From the NCBI RefSeq assembly GCF_009914755.1, contig NC_060930.1: DNA of 64,000 nt. One strand, given 5' to 3'. The position numbers and the translations under genes were made by a program. The stretch is from the human T2T-CHM13v2.0 reference genome, Homo sapiens. This document shows, in pieces, positions 1 through 14,866 of this stretch; the stretch's first letter is position 1, and every line of letters begins with the position of its first letter. The notes below the pieces were generated by a model that did no database searches, was not told the origin of the DNA, and saw only the letters and a program-made list of their open reading frames with translations.

Positions 1-150
1 AAATTTACCAGTTGTTAACTTTTTATGTGTACCTCATGTGCATATATACACATACATATATGTTATATATTATATGTATATTATATATATTCCCCCCTAA
101 GTTATTTGAGGATTACAGACATACCTTGATACCCCTTAATACTTCAGTCT

Positions 151-216
151 TGTGTATACCTATGTAACAAACCTGCATATTCTGCACATGTATCCCAGAA
201 CTTAAAGTAAAATTAA
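151..216 (+). mobile_element. Extreme 3' end of an L1PA element
   Basis: tatacctatgtaacaaacctgca...tgcacatgtatcccagaacttaaagta. Confidence 0.8.
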
Positions 217-527
217 GGCCAGGAGCAGTGACTCACGCCTGTAATCCCAGCGCTCTGGGAGGCTGAGGCGGGCAGATCACCTGAGGTCGGTAGTTCGAGA
301 CCAGCCTGACCAACATGGAGAAACCCTGTCTGTACTAAAAATACAAAATTAGCTGGGCGTGGTTGCACGCGCCTATAATCCCAGCTACTCGGGAGGCTGA
401 GGCAGGAGAATTGCTTGAACCCAGGAGGCAGAGGTTGCGGTGAGCAAGATCACGCCACTGCACTCCAGCCTGGGCAACAAGAGCAAAACTCCGTCTCGAC
501 AACAACAACAACAACAAAAACAAAAAA
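217..527 (+). mobile_element. AluS with (AAC)n tail
   Basis: Full dimeric Alu. Confidence 0.93.
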
Positions 528-2546
528 ACTTCAGTCTGTAGTTCCTAACAGGAGCAGAATCCCACCTAATGAGAGTACAACTATCAAAAAATTAACATTG
601 ATACATTACCAATTAATTCACAGACGCCCATTGGCTTTGCCTATTGTTCCAATATTGTCTTTTATAGGCAAAGGAGCCAACCCAGGAGTATTATGTCATA
701 TTAGATCTTATGTTGTTGTTGTTGCTGAAGTCACTTTTGATCTGGAAATGTCTGTCTTTCTTTACCTTGCATAGCTTTAACATTTTTGAAGAGTACACGC
801 CTGTTACTTTATAAAATGCTCTTTACTTTGGGATTGTCTGATGTCTCCTTGTCATCAAATTCAGGTTATGCATTTTTGGCAGGAACACCAAAATGCCATG
901 ATTTCTCAGTGTATTGTATGAGGAGGCACACGTGTGTCTTTGTCCCATGACTAGGACTAGGGTTAACATTTATCCATTGGTTAAAATGATATTTGCCAGA
1001 TTCCTCTACTTTAAAGTTAATTGATAAGTATTTTGTACTTTTTGAATAAATACTTTAAAGTTAATTGAAAAGTATTTTGTACTTTTTGAATAAATAAAGG
1101 TTAGGTATCTTGTGGAAAGGTACTGTAAGACAACATACACATGCTGTTTCTCATCAGATTTTCACTCACTCATTTGTGGAATTCATTGATGATTATTGCC
1201 TGAATCAATTATTAGTGTAATTGCAAAATGTAGTTTTAAAACTCCATCATTCTTTCTGTCTTTATTACCTGGAATTTAATTGTGAATTACATCTTTTCCT
1301 TCTTTTTAATTCATGTATTAATTTATATCAGTATGGCCTCAAAGATTGTCTTTTATTCAATGAGTCACAATCTATGACTATCAATATTATTTTGGTGCTC
1401 AATTTGTCCTAGATTTAGCCATTAGAAGGCCTTTTAGACTGGTTCCTTTGTCATTTTGGCAGGTTTTCGTAATTTTGGGGGCATATTCTTACTTTCTGGG
1501 ACATAAGATGTACCAAATCAATCTTATACTTTCCCTGCTCCCAGCCTATCATCAGCCATTTCTCCAAAGAGCCCTGGTTCCTTTAGTGGAGGATGATATT
1601 CAGTAACCAATATCTAGGCCCTAGGTATGTTCATTACGAGGGATTGTCATTGCTTCTAGGCCCTCTCAGTGGACAGAGCTTAGAGATAAATGCTTGCATA
1701 CACATATGTACACACATAAATCTGTTAGAAACTGTGCATTCACATCAATACCTGCAAAGCCAGTTCAACACTATGGGGTTTATTTTAGCCTTTCCTCTTT
1801 CCATATTTGTAACTACACTGCCTGAGAATGAGAAACCTGACTCCAATTATCTCCAATATATTTGCTTATTTGTTCAGTTTCTCTGTGTTTAATTAAAACT
1901 GCCGGCTCCTTTTTTTGCAAGAATTGACTGTTAAACTAAAGCAATAATTCTCTTCACATGCAGCAGAGCACATGGATTTCAGTGAACTCATTTTGGAGGA
2001 CACATCACAGATGGAGCAGTGGTTGTAAGCTTGGGCTCTGGAGGCAGACAGACCTGGGCTGTAGCCCTGGCCATGTACTCAGGAGCTGTGCAACATTCAC
2101 AGAATTCTTTCCTTCTCTCGGTCTCAGAGGATAATAACCACAATAGGATTAAAGGAGCTATGCATATACAGCTACAGTGCCCAGCACATAGTAAACACAA
2201 CGAATGATAGCTATTATAATTGTATCTCTATTGAATATAGGAAATTTTTTAGAACTCCCTAGGCCAGGATAAAAATTTGCAAAGGCAGTTACCACTAAGC
2301 TTCAAAATTCATCAAAGCTTAGAGATAAAATAAATCTTAACAACATTCTTATTAGTCGTATCTCCACATAAGAGAAAGAAACTGATTTACATTAAAAACC
2401 TAACTATTCAAAAGTTTTACATGCATTTTTTGGGTCTCTGTTTAATATGAAAAAAAAGTGTTAGACGTTAGGTAATATTTTCCTTTTCCTTTTTTTAGGT
2501 CACAAGTATTCATCTACCTTGAGTCAAAATCGGTTGATGGATCTCC

Positions 2547-2852
2547 GTTTTTGTTGTTTGTTTCCTTTGTTTTGTTTTGTTTTTGAGACGGAGTCTCACT
2601 CTGGAGTGCAGTGGTGTGATCTTGGCTCTCTGAAACCTCCGACTCCCTGGTTCAAGCGATTCTCCTGCCTCAGCCTCCTGAGTAGCTGGGATTACAGGCA
2701 TGTGCCACCATGCCCAGCTAATTTTTGTATTTTCAGTAGAGACGGGGTTTCACCATGTTGACCAGGATGGCCTCGATCTCCTGACCTTGTGATCCGCCCG
2801 CATCGGTTTCCCCAAGTGTTGGGATTACAGGCGTGAGCCACTGCACCTGACC
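2547..2852 (-). mobile_element. AluS (Sc-like) with small deletion
   Basis: Alu consensus; degenerate TSD gatg(g/a)atctcc. Confidence 0.9.
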
Positions 2853-2952
2853 GATGAATCTCCTTTTAAAGGCCTCCATGAGCTGAAAGCTATGGGGAAA
2901 CAACAAAAGGTTTTGAGCAGGGTCCATGCATTAGATGGTAAGAGTTAGATCA

Positions 2953-3100
2953 GACTGTGTGTGGTGACTCATGCCTGTAATCCCAGCACTTTGGGAGACA
3001 GAGGCAGGAGGATTGTTTGAGGCCAGGAGTTCAAGGCTGCAGTGAGCTGATTGCAGCACTGCACTCCAGCCTGAGCAACAGAGCGAGACACCGTCTCAAA
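2953..3100 (+). mobile_element. Alu monomer (FRAM-like or recombined AluJ)
   Basis: Single-arm Alu sequence. Confidence 0.8.
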
Positions 3101-3125
3101 ATATATTTCATAAGAAGTGGCTAGC

Positions 3126-3403
3126 AGCTGGATGCAGTGGCTCATGTCTGTAATCCCAGCAGTTTGGGTGGCCAACGTGGGTGAATTGCTTGAGTTCAGA
3201 AGTTTGAGAACAACTTGGGCAACATGGTGAAACTTCATCTCTACAAAAATTACAAAAAATTAGGTGTGTGTGGTGGAGCAAAGCCCGTAGTCCCAGCTAC
3301 CCATGAGGCTGAGGTGGGAGGATCACCTGAGCCCAGGAGGTCAAGGCTGCAGTGAGCTGTGATTATGCACTGCACTCCAGTCTGGGTGACAGAGTGAGAC
3401 CCA
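3126..3403 (+). mobile_element. AluJ
   Basis: Diverged dimeric Alu. Confidence 0.85.
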
Positions 3404-3745
3404 ACATATGAGTATGTATTTGTTCAGGCTTCCAGATGTCTCTGTCCCATATTTCTGATATTCTCCCATTGATATAGAGAAAGATAGGTGGCAGAAGGGA
3501 GATAACAGGAAAACTATAATCAGGAAAACTTCCAGGTAGAACTGGGAGTTTGGGGGTGGATCTTTCTCATGTCTTGAGGATTTGAGTGGGGATCACTCAT
3601 GCATGATCCTATAACAGGAAAACTCAGGAATTAGGCAGAGGAAAGCTCAAAGTCTAAGTGACACTGTTGCTTTCCTTACATGATGGCCTGTGTGGCGTTT
3701 GAATTGAGTGAGCCTTCAAAGCAAGAAGGCAACTGAGGCTGAGTA

Positions 3746-4341
<596 letters not shown>

Positions 4342-4909
4342 GAGACTGTTTCAACCCTCTGAAGCAAGAGGTGTTTCAGCTGTGGTGTGCTGCTGCAAGG
4401 AGCAGCAGAAAACAGGCTAGAATCAGTTCAGAAGAAGCTTCCTCACCATGAAACTTGGATACTGCATGTGCAATAGAAAATTTAAAAAAGAATGATTGCT
4501 GTTGTTTTAAGCATGGATGAGTGAAATGGTGGTGGGATGAAAGATGGGGATGTCAAAAGGTAGAGTTGATTTTGGGGGTGTAAATGATAAGGTGAATCTC
4601 AGATTGAGTGGGAAGTGCTAGCAGGGTGTGCCCATTGCTACACCTGACAGGCAGGTGGACCAACAGAACCACCTTAACCTGAGCAGGGAGGTCAGGCAGG
4701 GCTGGGAATTAGGATTCATGATTATCTGCATTGGAGTAGGAGATCATTCGCTGTGCAAGGCTGTTTAGGGGGAAAGAGAAGTTGGTTAAGGGCCAAATTA
4801 TATTGGATGGAGTAGAGTGCTAGAAAGAGAAGGGAGGCTCAAGTGAAGAAGACAGAATTGAGGCAAGGAGAGGACAGGACAGCAGCAGGACCCAGGAGCT
4901 GTGAAGTAC

Positions 4910-5524
4910 TGTGCAATGACTTGCTCAATATCCATTCCACCTGCGTCTGGAATGTCTTTCTGTACTATAGAGGCTGGAGAGCTGAAAACTATATTCCCTG
5001 GATTCCTTTGCAGCTGGAGAGTGTGGACGTGGTTTAGACTCTGTGAATCACATGCTTTTGAATGAGACTCGAGAGAAGATGTAGATAGCACTTCTGGTCA
5101 CTTCTGCTGGCAACTAAGGTCATGGAGTTGTTGGACTTTGGGAAGAGAGGTTCTGCATCCAGGCATTAGCTTCATGGGGAACAAGAGGAGCAGGGGTGGA
5201 AATCCATGTTTAGCTTGTGTGGCTCTAGCACAAGGTTCAGTTGCGGTAGCTTCCTGACCTCTGGATCTCAGTTAAGGCAAAGATGTTGCTGAAGTCAGGG
5301 GTTCCAGCCAGGGGAAGCCTCCTGAATTCTCATCTTCCTGATGTATGAGCAGTAGCAGCTCCCCTGGTGGGTCAGATCTGCTGTGATCTTGGAGTCATTC
5401 CTGAAGGCCCATCTAGAGCAAGCTCTTTCAGCACTTTCAACAATTTAAAAAGCATTTAAAACCTCCTCTGCTTGAAAACACTGTGCTGGTTTCTATTTTT
5501 TGCCACTGAGCTTTGACTGATACA
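4910..5524 (+). mobile_element. ERVL-class LTR (LTR33-like)
   Basis: Ends ...ctgcttgaaa...ggtttcta...tgactgataca, typical of LTR33. Confidence 0.55.
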
Positions 5525-6349
5525 GAATCCAATGGAGAAAAAGATATTTAAGAATAAAGGGTTAATCATTAATTTGAAAGCTGCCAAAAGTTGAGAATTT
5601 CATTTATTCAATTCATTAAAAACAATTATCAAGTTCCTAATATATATCAGGCACCATGATGGACATTTGGGAATATTATATGGAGATGAGTAAAACAGTC
5701 TTTCCCTCAATGAATTCAGTCTAGTAGGGAATCATGAATACAAATGTGATAGACTGTGGCAAGTACAGTGATAGAGACATATTCGAGAAGTTAGTATGAG
5801 AAAAGAGGAAGGGTACTTAACCTAGCTTGGCACTCTGGGGAGGAAGGTTGGCTTCTTGAAGGTACATGAATTGAGTATTGGAAGATTAATATTTTTATTT
5901 AGCTAATAAATACCAAATACTTACTATAAGGTAAGCATGGTGCTAAGATCTTTACATTCAAGATCTCATTTGGCTCTCCAAACATTCTATGAGGTAGAGT
6001 ATTATCACCACTTTACAAATACAACTGAGGTTCAGATCTGACTATCTGAAGGATTCCATGCAGAAGGAACAGCATCAGCAAAGAAGGGCGAGAAACATAC
6101 GGCATGAGCTACAAGCAGTTAGGTTGGGTTGGAGCAAAGACCCGAGACTGAATGGGTATAGAGCATGCAATAAGTCAGAGGAGTGAACTGGGGCCACATC
6201 ATGTGGGGTCGCAAAGATCACGTAAATATGGAAACTGTCTGCAATGGGGAACCCGTGATGGAAAATGATAGAAAACTCGCCTGGTAGAAGGTTGTGTGGA
6301 AAATGGATTCGAGGGTAGATGGAGGCAGAGAGTCTAGCTTCAAAGTTGT

Positions 6350-7609
6350 TGCTTTAGTTTCCTAGAGATGATGTAACAATGCACCACAAACTGCTTGGCT
6401 GAAAACAGAAGTTTATTGTCTCACAGTTCTGGAGGCTGACAGTCCAGACTCATGGTGTTGGTGATAAGGAAGGCGGGCAGGGAGGTGCTGGGAGGAGAAG
6501 GGCAGGTCCCTGGCGAGGTCTCCACCCCTGGGCCTGTGCCCATGGACCTAGGTGAAGACAGGCACTCCTGCCTTCGCACCCAAATGTTGCATTTCCTAAG
6601 ACCATCCTGGCCGACCACGCCCCCATCCTTTGCCTATAAAAACCCTGAGACCCTAGCAAGCAGGCACACAAGCGGCTGGACATCCAGAGGAGCACATCAG
6701 CGGAAGAAGACACAAGTGGCTGGACGTCGAGGAGCCATCAAGGGGAGCACACCGGCATAAGAGCACACGACAGAGGCCAGCACACCAGCGGGCCATCGAC
6801 TTGTGGAATGACACGGAGTTTGGCTGGGGTGGTTGGAGGAGAGCCCAGGCTGCTAAGCAGCCTAACTCCAGGGGAAAACCATCTCCCTTCTGGCTTCCCA
6901 ATCTGCTGAGAGCTACTTCCACTCAGTAAAACCTTGCACTCATTCTCCAAGCCCACGTGTGATCCGATTCCTCTGGTACACCAAGGCAAGAACCCAGGAT
7001 ACAGAAAGCCCTCTGTCCTTGCCATAAGGCAGGGGCGTCTAATTGAGCTAACACAAGCCGCCAAACTGAAAGAGCACCCTGTAGCACATGCCCACTGCGG
7101 CTTCAGCTGTAAACATTCACCCCTAGACACTGCCGTGGGGTCGGAGCCCCACAACCTGCCTGTCTGCCTGCTCCCCCTAGGGGTTTTGAGCAGCGGGGCA
7201 CCGAAGAAGCGAGCCACACTCCCATCACACACCCTGCAAGGGGGACAAGGGGACATTTCCTGTTTCATTGGTAGGGCCCTGCTCCCTCTGAGGCTCTGGG
7301 TAGAACCCTTGCTTGCCACTTCTCAGCTTCTGGTGGTGGCCGTGGATCCCTGGCATTCCTTGGCTTGCAACTGCATCCCTCCAGCCTCTGAATCTGTCAC
7401 CCAATGATGCTCTCCTTGTCTCTGTCCACTTTTCTTATAAAAGTACCAATTGTATAATTAGACCCAACCTAATGACCTCATCTTGACTCAGTTACATCTG
7501 CAGAAACCTTATTTCCAAATGCAGTCAACATTCACAGGTACCCGGGTTTAGGACTTCAACATATCTTTCCGAGGCAGGTTCGGGTGAGGTCACAATTCAA
7601 CCCCTAACA
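6350..7609 (-). mobile_element. MLT1 (MaLR) LTR split by the ERV1 LTR
   Basis: tctcacagttctggaggct...ggtgttgg resumes after 7271 as tagggcc...aatgacctcatctt...cacaattcaaccc. Confidence 0.75.
6462..7267 (+). mobile_element. Solo ERV1-class LTR (LTR27/LTR28/LTR1-related)
   Basis: TG...CA termini, 4-bp TSD ttgg on both sides, tataaaaa box near 6635, agtaaa PAS near 6925. Confidence 0.8.
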
Positions 7610-10287
7610 GAACAGGTAAAAGATGGGCACAGCTGGGATGGGCACAGTGGCAGGGGGGCTGAGCAGAATGGGCAGATTTTGGGGAAATGTTTAGAAAACA
7701 AGACCACCAGGGTTTGATGATTTGAGTCCCGAGTTGGGGCAGGGCAGCATACAAGCATTTTAGGCAGTTTTTAGGGATTGAATCCTAAACCAAATGTCAG
7801 ACTTCCCTTTCTCTCTCCCTGGTGCCAAAAAACAGACTAACTCAGGATTCCTTTGTAAGAAGGATTTATTAGATTATATGGAAATGGACACGGTACAGAA
7901 GGTCTGTGGCACAGTCAGGGTTCTGCAGGACCCCAGAGCATCAGTAGAAATGCTGGTGTTCCACCTTCCCCAGGGCCGCCTTTGCCTGGGCTTCAGAGAT
8001 GCAGCTGAGGCCTGGCCTCCAAATGCTGTGGGCAGTCCTGCAGGCCATCCTCTGGGCAGACTGGCCTGACTCACGGTGACTATTGTAGTTTCTGTGAACC
8101 TCTGGGTTTTGGTCCCACTGTTGTCGAGAGCCTTGACCAAGTGTAAACGAATCCATTACGGATGAAAGTTGCAGCCTTGGAGGGTGTCACAGCAGAGAAG
8201 AAAGAGCGGGAGCGGAGTTTGGCAGGCGAACATAAGCGTGGACCAGCAGCTGCAAGCTGGGAACTGTCAGGACAGCATCTTAGTTTGGACAGCAGGTTTC
8301 CTTCTAAACTGGAGGCCAGGAGCTCACAGCAGTGGCTTGGCTATGACAAGCAGGTTTTCTAGACTGAGTGAAGCACAGATGTCCCTAGATATGCTCCTGA
8401 CCTAGAGGAGAGACCTGAAGGAAACATGAGCCTTCTCTCGACAGAGTCAAAAAGTTAAGGAGAGAGTGGTAACACGCATTATTTGCAGGAAGCCTGGAAG
8501 TTAACAGTAATGCTGATGCCTTTAGTAAAGAATACAGCTTCCATCTCTAGTACATTTCTAGTTTTGAAACTCTGCTACATTTCCATTTCATTCCCTCCTG
8601 TTGAGAAAACCTGAGCAAGAGATTATTTTTCCATGAGAAAGTGGGCCTTTAAGATTTTTTGGCCTTGTATTTCCTATATCTCCACTCCTAAAAACATTAC
8701 CTTAATAAATATCAATATCATAGACTTAAATATTTAAATTTGGAGTACTTAAAATATTATAAAAGAGATAACTTGTGAGTCATCTTTGTGTTTATAATAG
8801 TGCTCCAAATTTTTAAAAATTAGCTACAAAATACTATTTTGAAATAATCGTTCATGTCAGTTTTTGTTTTGTAATGGAAATTTCTCTTCCAATGTAAATA
8901 AAGCATTTTGATATGAAAATTACAACATGCAAAGAGCTGCTGAGTACATTTTAGGCATCTCAAGTGGATTTTAATGTAACATTTTAATAGCTTTTACATT
9001 TCTTTTTACAAAACACAGCTATTTCATTAGCTATTCAGATTTCCTTACCACTTCCATTTGAACCCTATGAAAATATATGAAAAAATATATCCCCCACCCC
9101 CAACCAGCAATTTGTATAAGAATAGCAATTATTTTTAAAAGAACTTGCATAGTATTCTGAATTTATCATGTTGTTAGAAAGGCTGCCTATTGGATTTTTT
9201 TGAGATTTTCAGAAAATGCTGCAAACTGGACACTCCAGTTCTTCCAGATATTGGTAGCCGCGGCGCAGAGGCAATGCTGTGTGGTTAGGAGTGATTACAC
9301 CACCAGAGACTTCAGGACTATGAAGAGGAAAAAGTAGTGTTTTTAAAAAATAAGGAGATCTTACTAAAAAGGATCTGGGACAGAGGCATGAAGGAAGCGA
9401 ACAGGATTCAACAGCTGAGAACCATCAGCCAGAACATAAAGGATAGGGAAGAAAATAGATGATAACAGGCTTATGGCCATGTGGAAGTGAACACACACTC
9501 ACCAGTGTTAATTTACATCCAAGACTAACTGAAATTATGCTGAAAACATTATTCACTGGCTGGTGCATATCTGTGACAAAATGACAGAACACTAAGAGTT
9601 CTTCCAGTTAAATTTATTCATTTTTTAAAAATTCTGAGCTATGTTATTGTTAACAGATAAAATACCACTTGTTTTATAAAACTACACTGATAGTCCTCAG
9701 TTCAGGTTTTCCTGGAAGCTGACCTTATGATGATGATGTGAGTACAAGTAGTTTATCTGGGAGGCAAAGGGAACCCCAGTAAGAAAATGTAGCCAAAAAA
9801 TTAAGGGTTACAAAGCCAGCTACCACTGTGACGGACAGATGCTTGATCTGGTGAAGAAGCTCTAGGCAAAGTGTAAGTATACATGTAAGAGTTGGCACAC
9901 CCCAGGCAGGAGCGGGGACCATATTTACAGACTCTGTGTGTCACTGATTGAAAGCTGCTTCCCAGGTCTTAACTTCCTGGCACTTCTGGCTGCCACATAC
10001 TGGGGCAGGGCTGGCTTTTGACAAGAGCCCTCAGATATGTCAATGTGGGATGTACAGTCTCGGGGAACAAGTTACCAAGAGTGGCCTTTTATTTCCACTG
10101 TTCCTACCATGGCAAAATCATGTCAGTCATTGATGTTGGGTTCCCACTTACTTTCCAACCCTCCCCAAACCCAAAAGCCTGGGACACTGATACTCCACCA
10201 GCCAGAGGTCATGTCAGTTGATGACATGAATGACAGTATAGGGCAGGTGCAGCTCAGAGTGAGACAAATTCTTGCCAATCATTCTGA

Positions 10288-10693
<406 letters not shown>

Positions 10694-11285
10694 CCATCTC
10701 TTTTTTGATAACACCTTCTGGTAAGGCGGCTCCACTTATGGAGGAGAAGGAATCATTACACACAGCTGGAACGAGATGTGCTTCACAGTCCTCTTGGAAA
10801 CTGCTTTAGAAACTTCTCACTGCCCCAGCTTCCTGTAGCACCTCCTGGAGGCTGGCCAGTGTCAACTAACTTCTGGAAAAGCAGTTAACCATCCCTATAT
10901 TTGCAGCCAACAAGGTAACTCTAATTGTGTCAAAGGATGTCAAAAAAGCCTCCAAATATGTGAAAATAAAAATAAAATTCTTTTTGGAAAGAAAACATTT
11001 TGGGAGAGATGGAAAGGGAAGTGATTGTGAAATGGTAATATGGTAGCAACTCAATGATTAAAAATTCTAAACTTGCAATACTGCCCTGAAGAAAACAGTT
11101 CATATCCATTTAGCTTGCTTGGTATACTACTACCTAGAATGGGCATCTTAAAAAAAAAAAGAAAGACTAATGACATTTAAGGCCACTATTAGAGTGAAGA
11201 TCCCACTTACAGGGGCAGATACCTGCCACTCTTTGGACTTTCAGAGACCCTGTCTTCCACAAGTATCTCAAACTAAACGCAAAAG

Positions 11286-11580
<295 letters not shown>

Positions 11581-11673
11581 TAAACACAAAAGTTTTAACA
11601 TTTATTGAAAAATTACTGAGAAACTTTATACTCATTTAATTCAACCTTAATAATTAAGACACGCCGGCATGAG

Positions 11674-12044
<371 letters not shown>

Positions 12045-12259
12045 TTAACTTACCAAGCTTCCTATGGTTAATTACTGGCAAACCTGATACTTAACCACCT
12101 AAGTGTAACTCCAGATGCTGGCTCTTCATTTTTCTATTGCTTCTAACATTAGCACCTTGCCTTCTGACCCTCTCCCTTTACTCTTCCACAAGGTATTTAG
12201 AGATCCAGTAATTCAAAAGTGATTGTCAGTCCTTTTTTAGTGTATACTTTAATTTTTAG

Positions 12260-13048
<789 letters not shown>

Positions 13049-13429
13049 TTTTTAGTTTCTAAAATTACTTTTGATCTCTAAAATTGTAATCAAACCTACT
13101 AATATAAAAACCCAATTGAGATTCACCAACGAACTAGTCGCAAAATGTTTTATTTGTAATAAACTTAAAATCGTCCCTTCTGTTCACACGCTGGTCCTTT
13201 TCTCTCCCACTTCTTGCAAGGCCTTCAGAGCTCCTCCCCAAAACTAAGGAGGTGCTAAAGGATGTGAGAAAATGACAATCCAGAACATTTCTGAGTGGGC
13301 TTAGGTGTTCACTGAGTAAAAACAGGATTTTGGGGGAGGCAGTATAGGCAAAATGATGTTTCTTAGATGTTAGCTTATTTTTAAAAATTGTTTTTTGTAA
13401 CCTGATCCAATAGCTATTCCATCACGCTT

Positions 13430-13576
13430 TTTTTTTTCTTTTGACAGTAGAGATGGGCACGGGGGAGGGTCTTGCGATGCTGCCCAAGCTGGTCTTGAAC
13501 TGCTGGCCTTGAGTGATCCTCCTGCCTTGGCCTCTCAAAGTGCTCGGATTACAGTGTAAGCCACGGAACCCAGCCC
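13430..13576 (-). mobile_element. FLAM / Alu left monomer
   Basis: Alu left-arm consensus. Confidence 0.75.
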
Positions 13577-14276
13577 CATCATGCCTTTAAGTGTTCAATG
13601 CACAGAATAGATAGAGGCCAATAGTCCATTTCAATCAGATTTTAAAAAAAGTAATGCAAAAGATGGGAGAATTTATTGCTGACTGTTACTTATTATGCAA
13701 TAATTTACTTTAAAATACTTCAAATATAAACTGTGTAATGGATGTGTGCTGTGTAATTTAACTTCAATCTTGTTCTGGGGGTAAGTTAGTATTTGAAGCA
13801 CCTCAATCAGGTGGCTAGGAAGATGCTTTAAACACTTATCTAAATATACGCCAGAGTGTTCATCAGCATAAGGGATATTAGTAATTTTTCACTGATGAAT
13901 GCAGCCTGAAAAGTAGGTGGTTGTCTAGACTTTTAGAGGCAAAATGCATGAAATGAGGTGTAAGAATCTGGCAGATCCTGCAAAATAATGACTTTTTATA
14001 GTACCTCAGGTCTAGAGATCTCCTTGCCCCTGTACCTTCCCCCTCCAGCACTCCACACACGTTTATGACTGTGGCCTGATCCAACCAAGCAATTAGGTTT
14101 CTTAATTCTGCTTTCAGAATATCACTGCTTCTGCTTCACTGTGAACTTTTTAGTCAAGGTGTTTGTGGGGTTACTTAGGAGCAGAGAAAGAACTTCTCCA
14201 AGCTTTCCAGAAGCCCTGCTTGCTAATAAACTTGTCATATAGATAACTGTTTTAGATTTGCTTTTATAGTAACACA

Positions 14277-14290
14277 CCACGAGGTGGTGC
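14277..14290 (+). promoter_or_regulatory. Candidate CTCF motif
   Basis: CCACGAGGTGGTGC resembles the CTCF core CCASYAGRKGGCRS; motif match only. Confidence 0.4.
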
Positions 14291-14866
14291 GGTTATGTAG
14301 GAGGACACATATAGCCTTACTTTCCTGTAATAGCTAGAGGTACCACCAAATGGACCTGTGATTGGTGACTAAATTGGCCTAGATAGTTTGCAATGGTGTA
14401 GGAAGGAAACTAAAAGCCCATTCACTCTCATTTCATACTGAGGGCCATATTTGATTCCTGAGCGCTCCCCTTAATGTAGGGTGAATACTGAAGACCTCCT
14501 TAAGGTCTGCAAGTAAATATAGATTTTTCCAGTGCTGGCCAAAAAGCAAGCCAGCCATTGTAAAGGTCAGGGTCATTCTCTGGCAGCGCTGCTCTTTAAC
14601 ACAATATAATTAAGAATTTTGCACCACTTCTAATTAAAACTTGATTACTTAGAAGGCTTTCCGTTTGCTAATGATGAATAAGTTTAAAAACACACATGAA
14701 AAAGAAAAACAGCCAAAATACACCTACTGCTCTAAATTTTAAATAAGGCTATCCTATATGCTTAATCAACAGGAGGCTAGGAAAATGTCACTGAGTTAAA
14801 TGAAGGACAATCTGAAGACTCAAGAATCAATCTGAGTGAAGTTATAACATATGAGAAAGCTAAAAG

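Larger units (their letters stand above)
1..1900 (-). mobile_element. Old L1M-type LINE fragments, interrupted
   Basis: Degenerate L1M 3' motifs such as aatcagccatttctccaaagagccctggttcc and gggattgtctgatgtctcc. Confidence 0.55.

Noticed and set aside
6421-7407. Overlapping 87-193 aa ORFs
   Set aside because: Chance ORFs in a GC-rich solo LTR; no gag/pol/env similarity.
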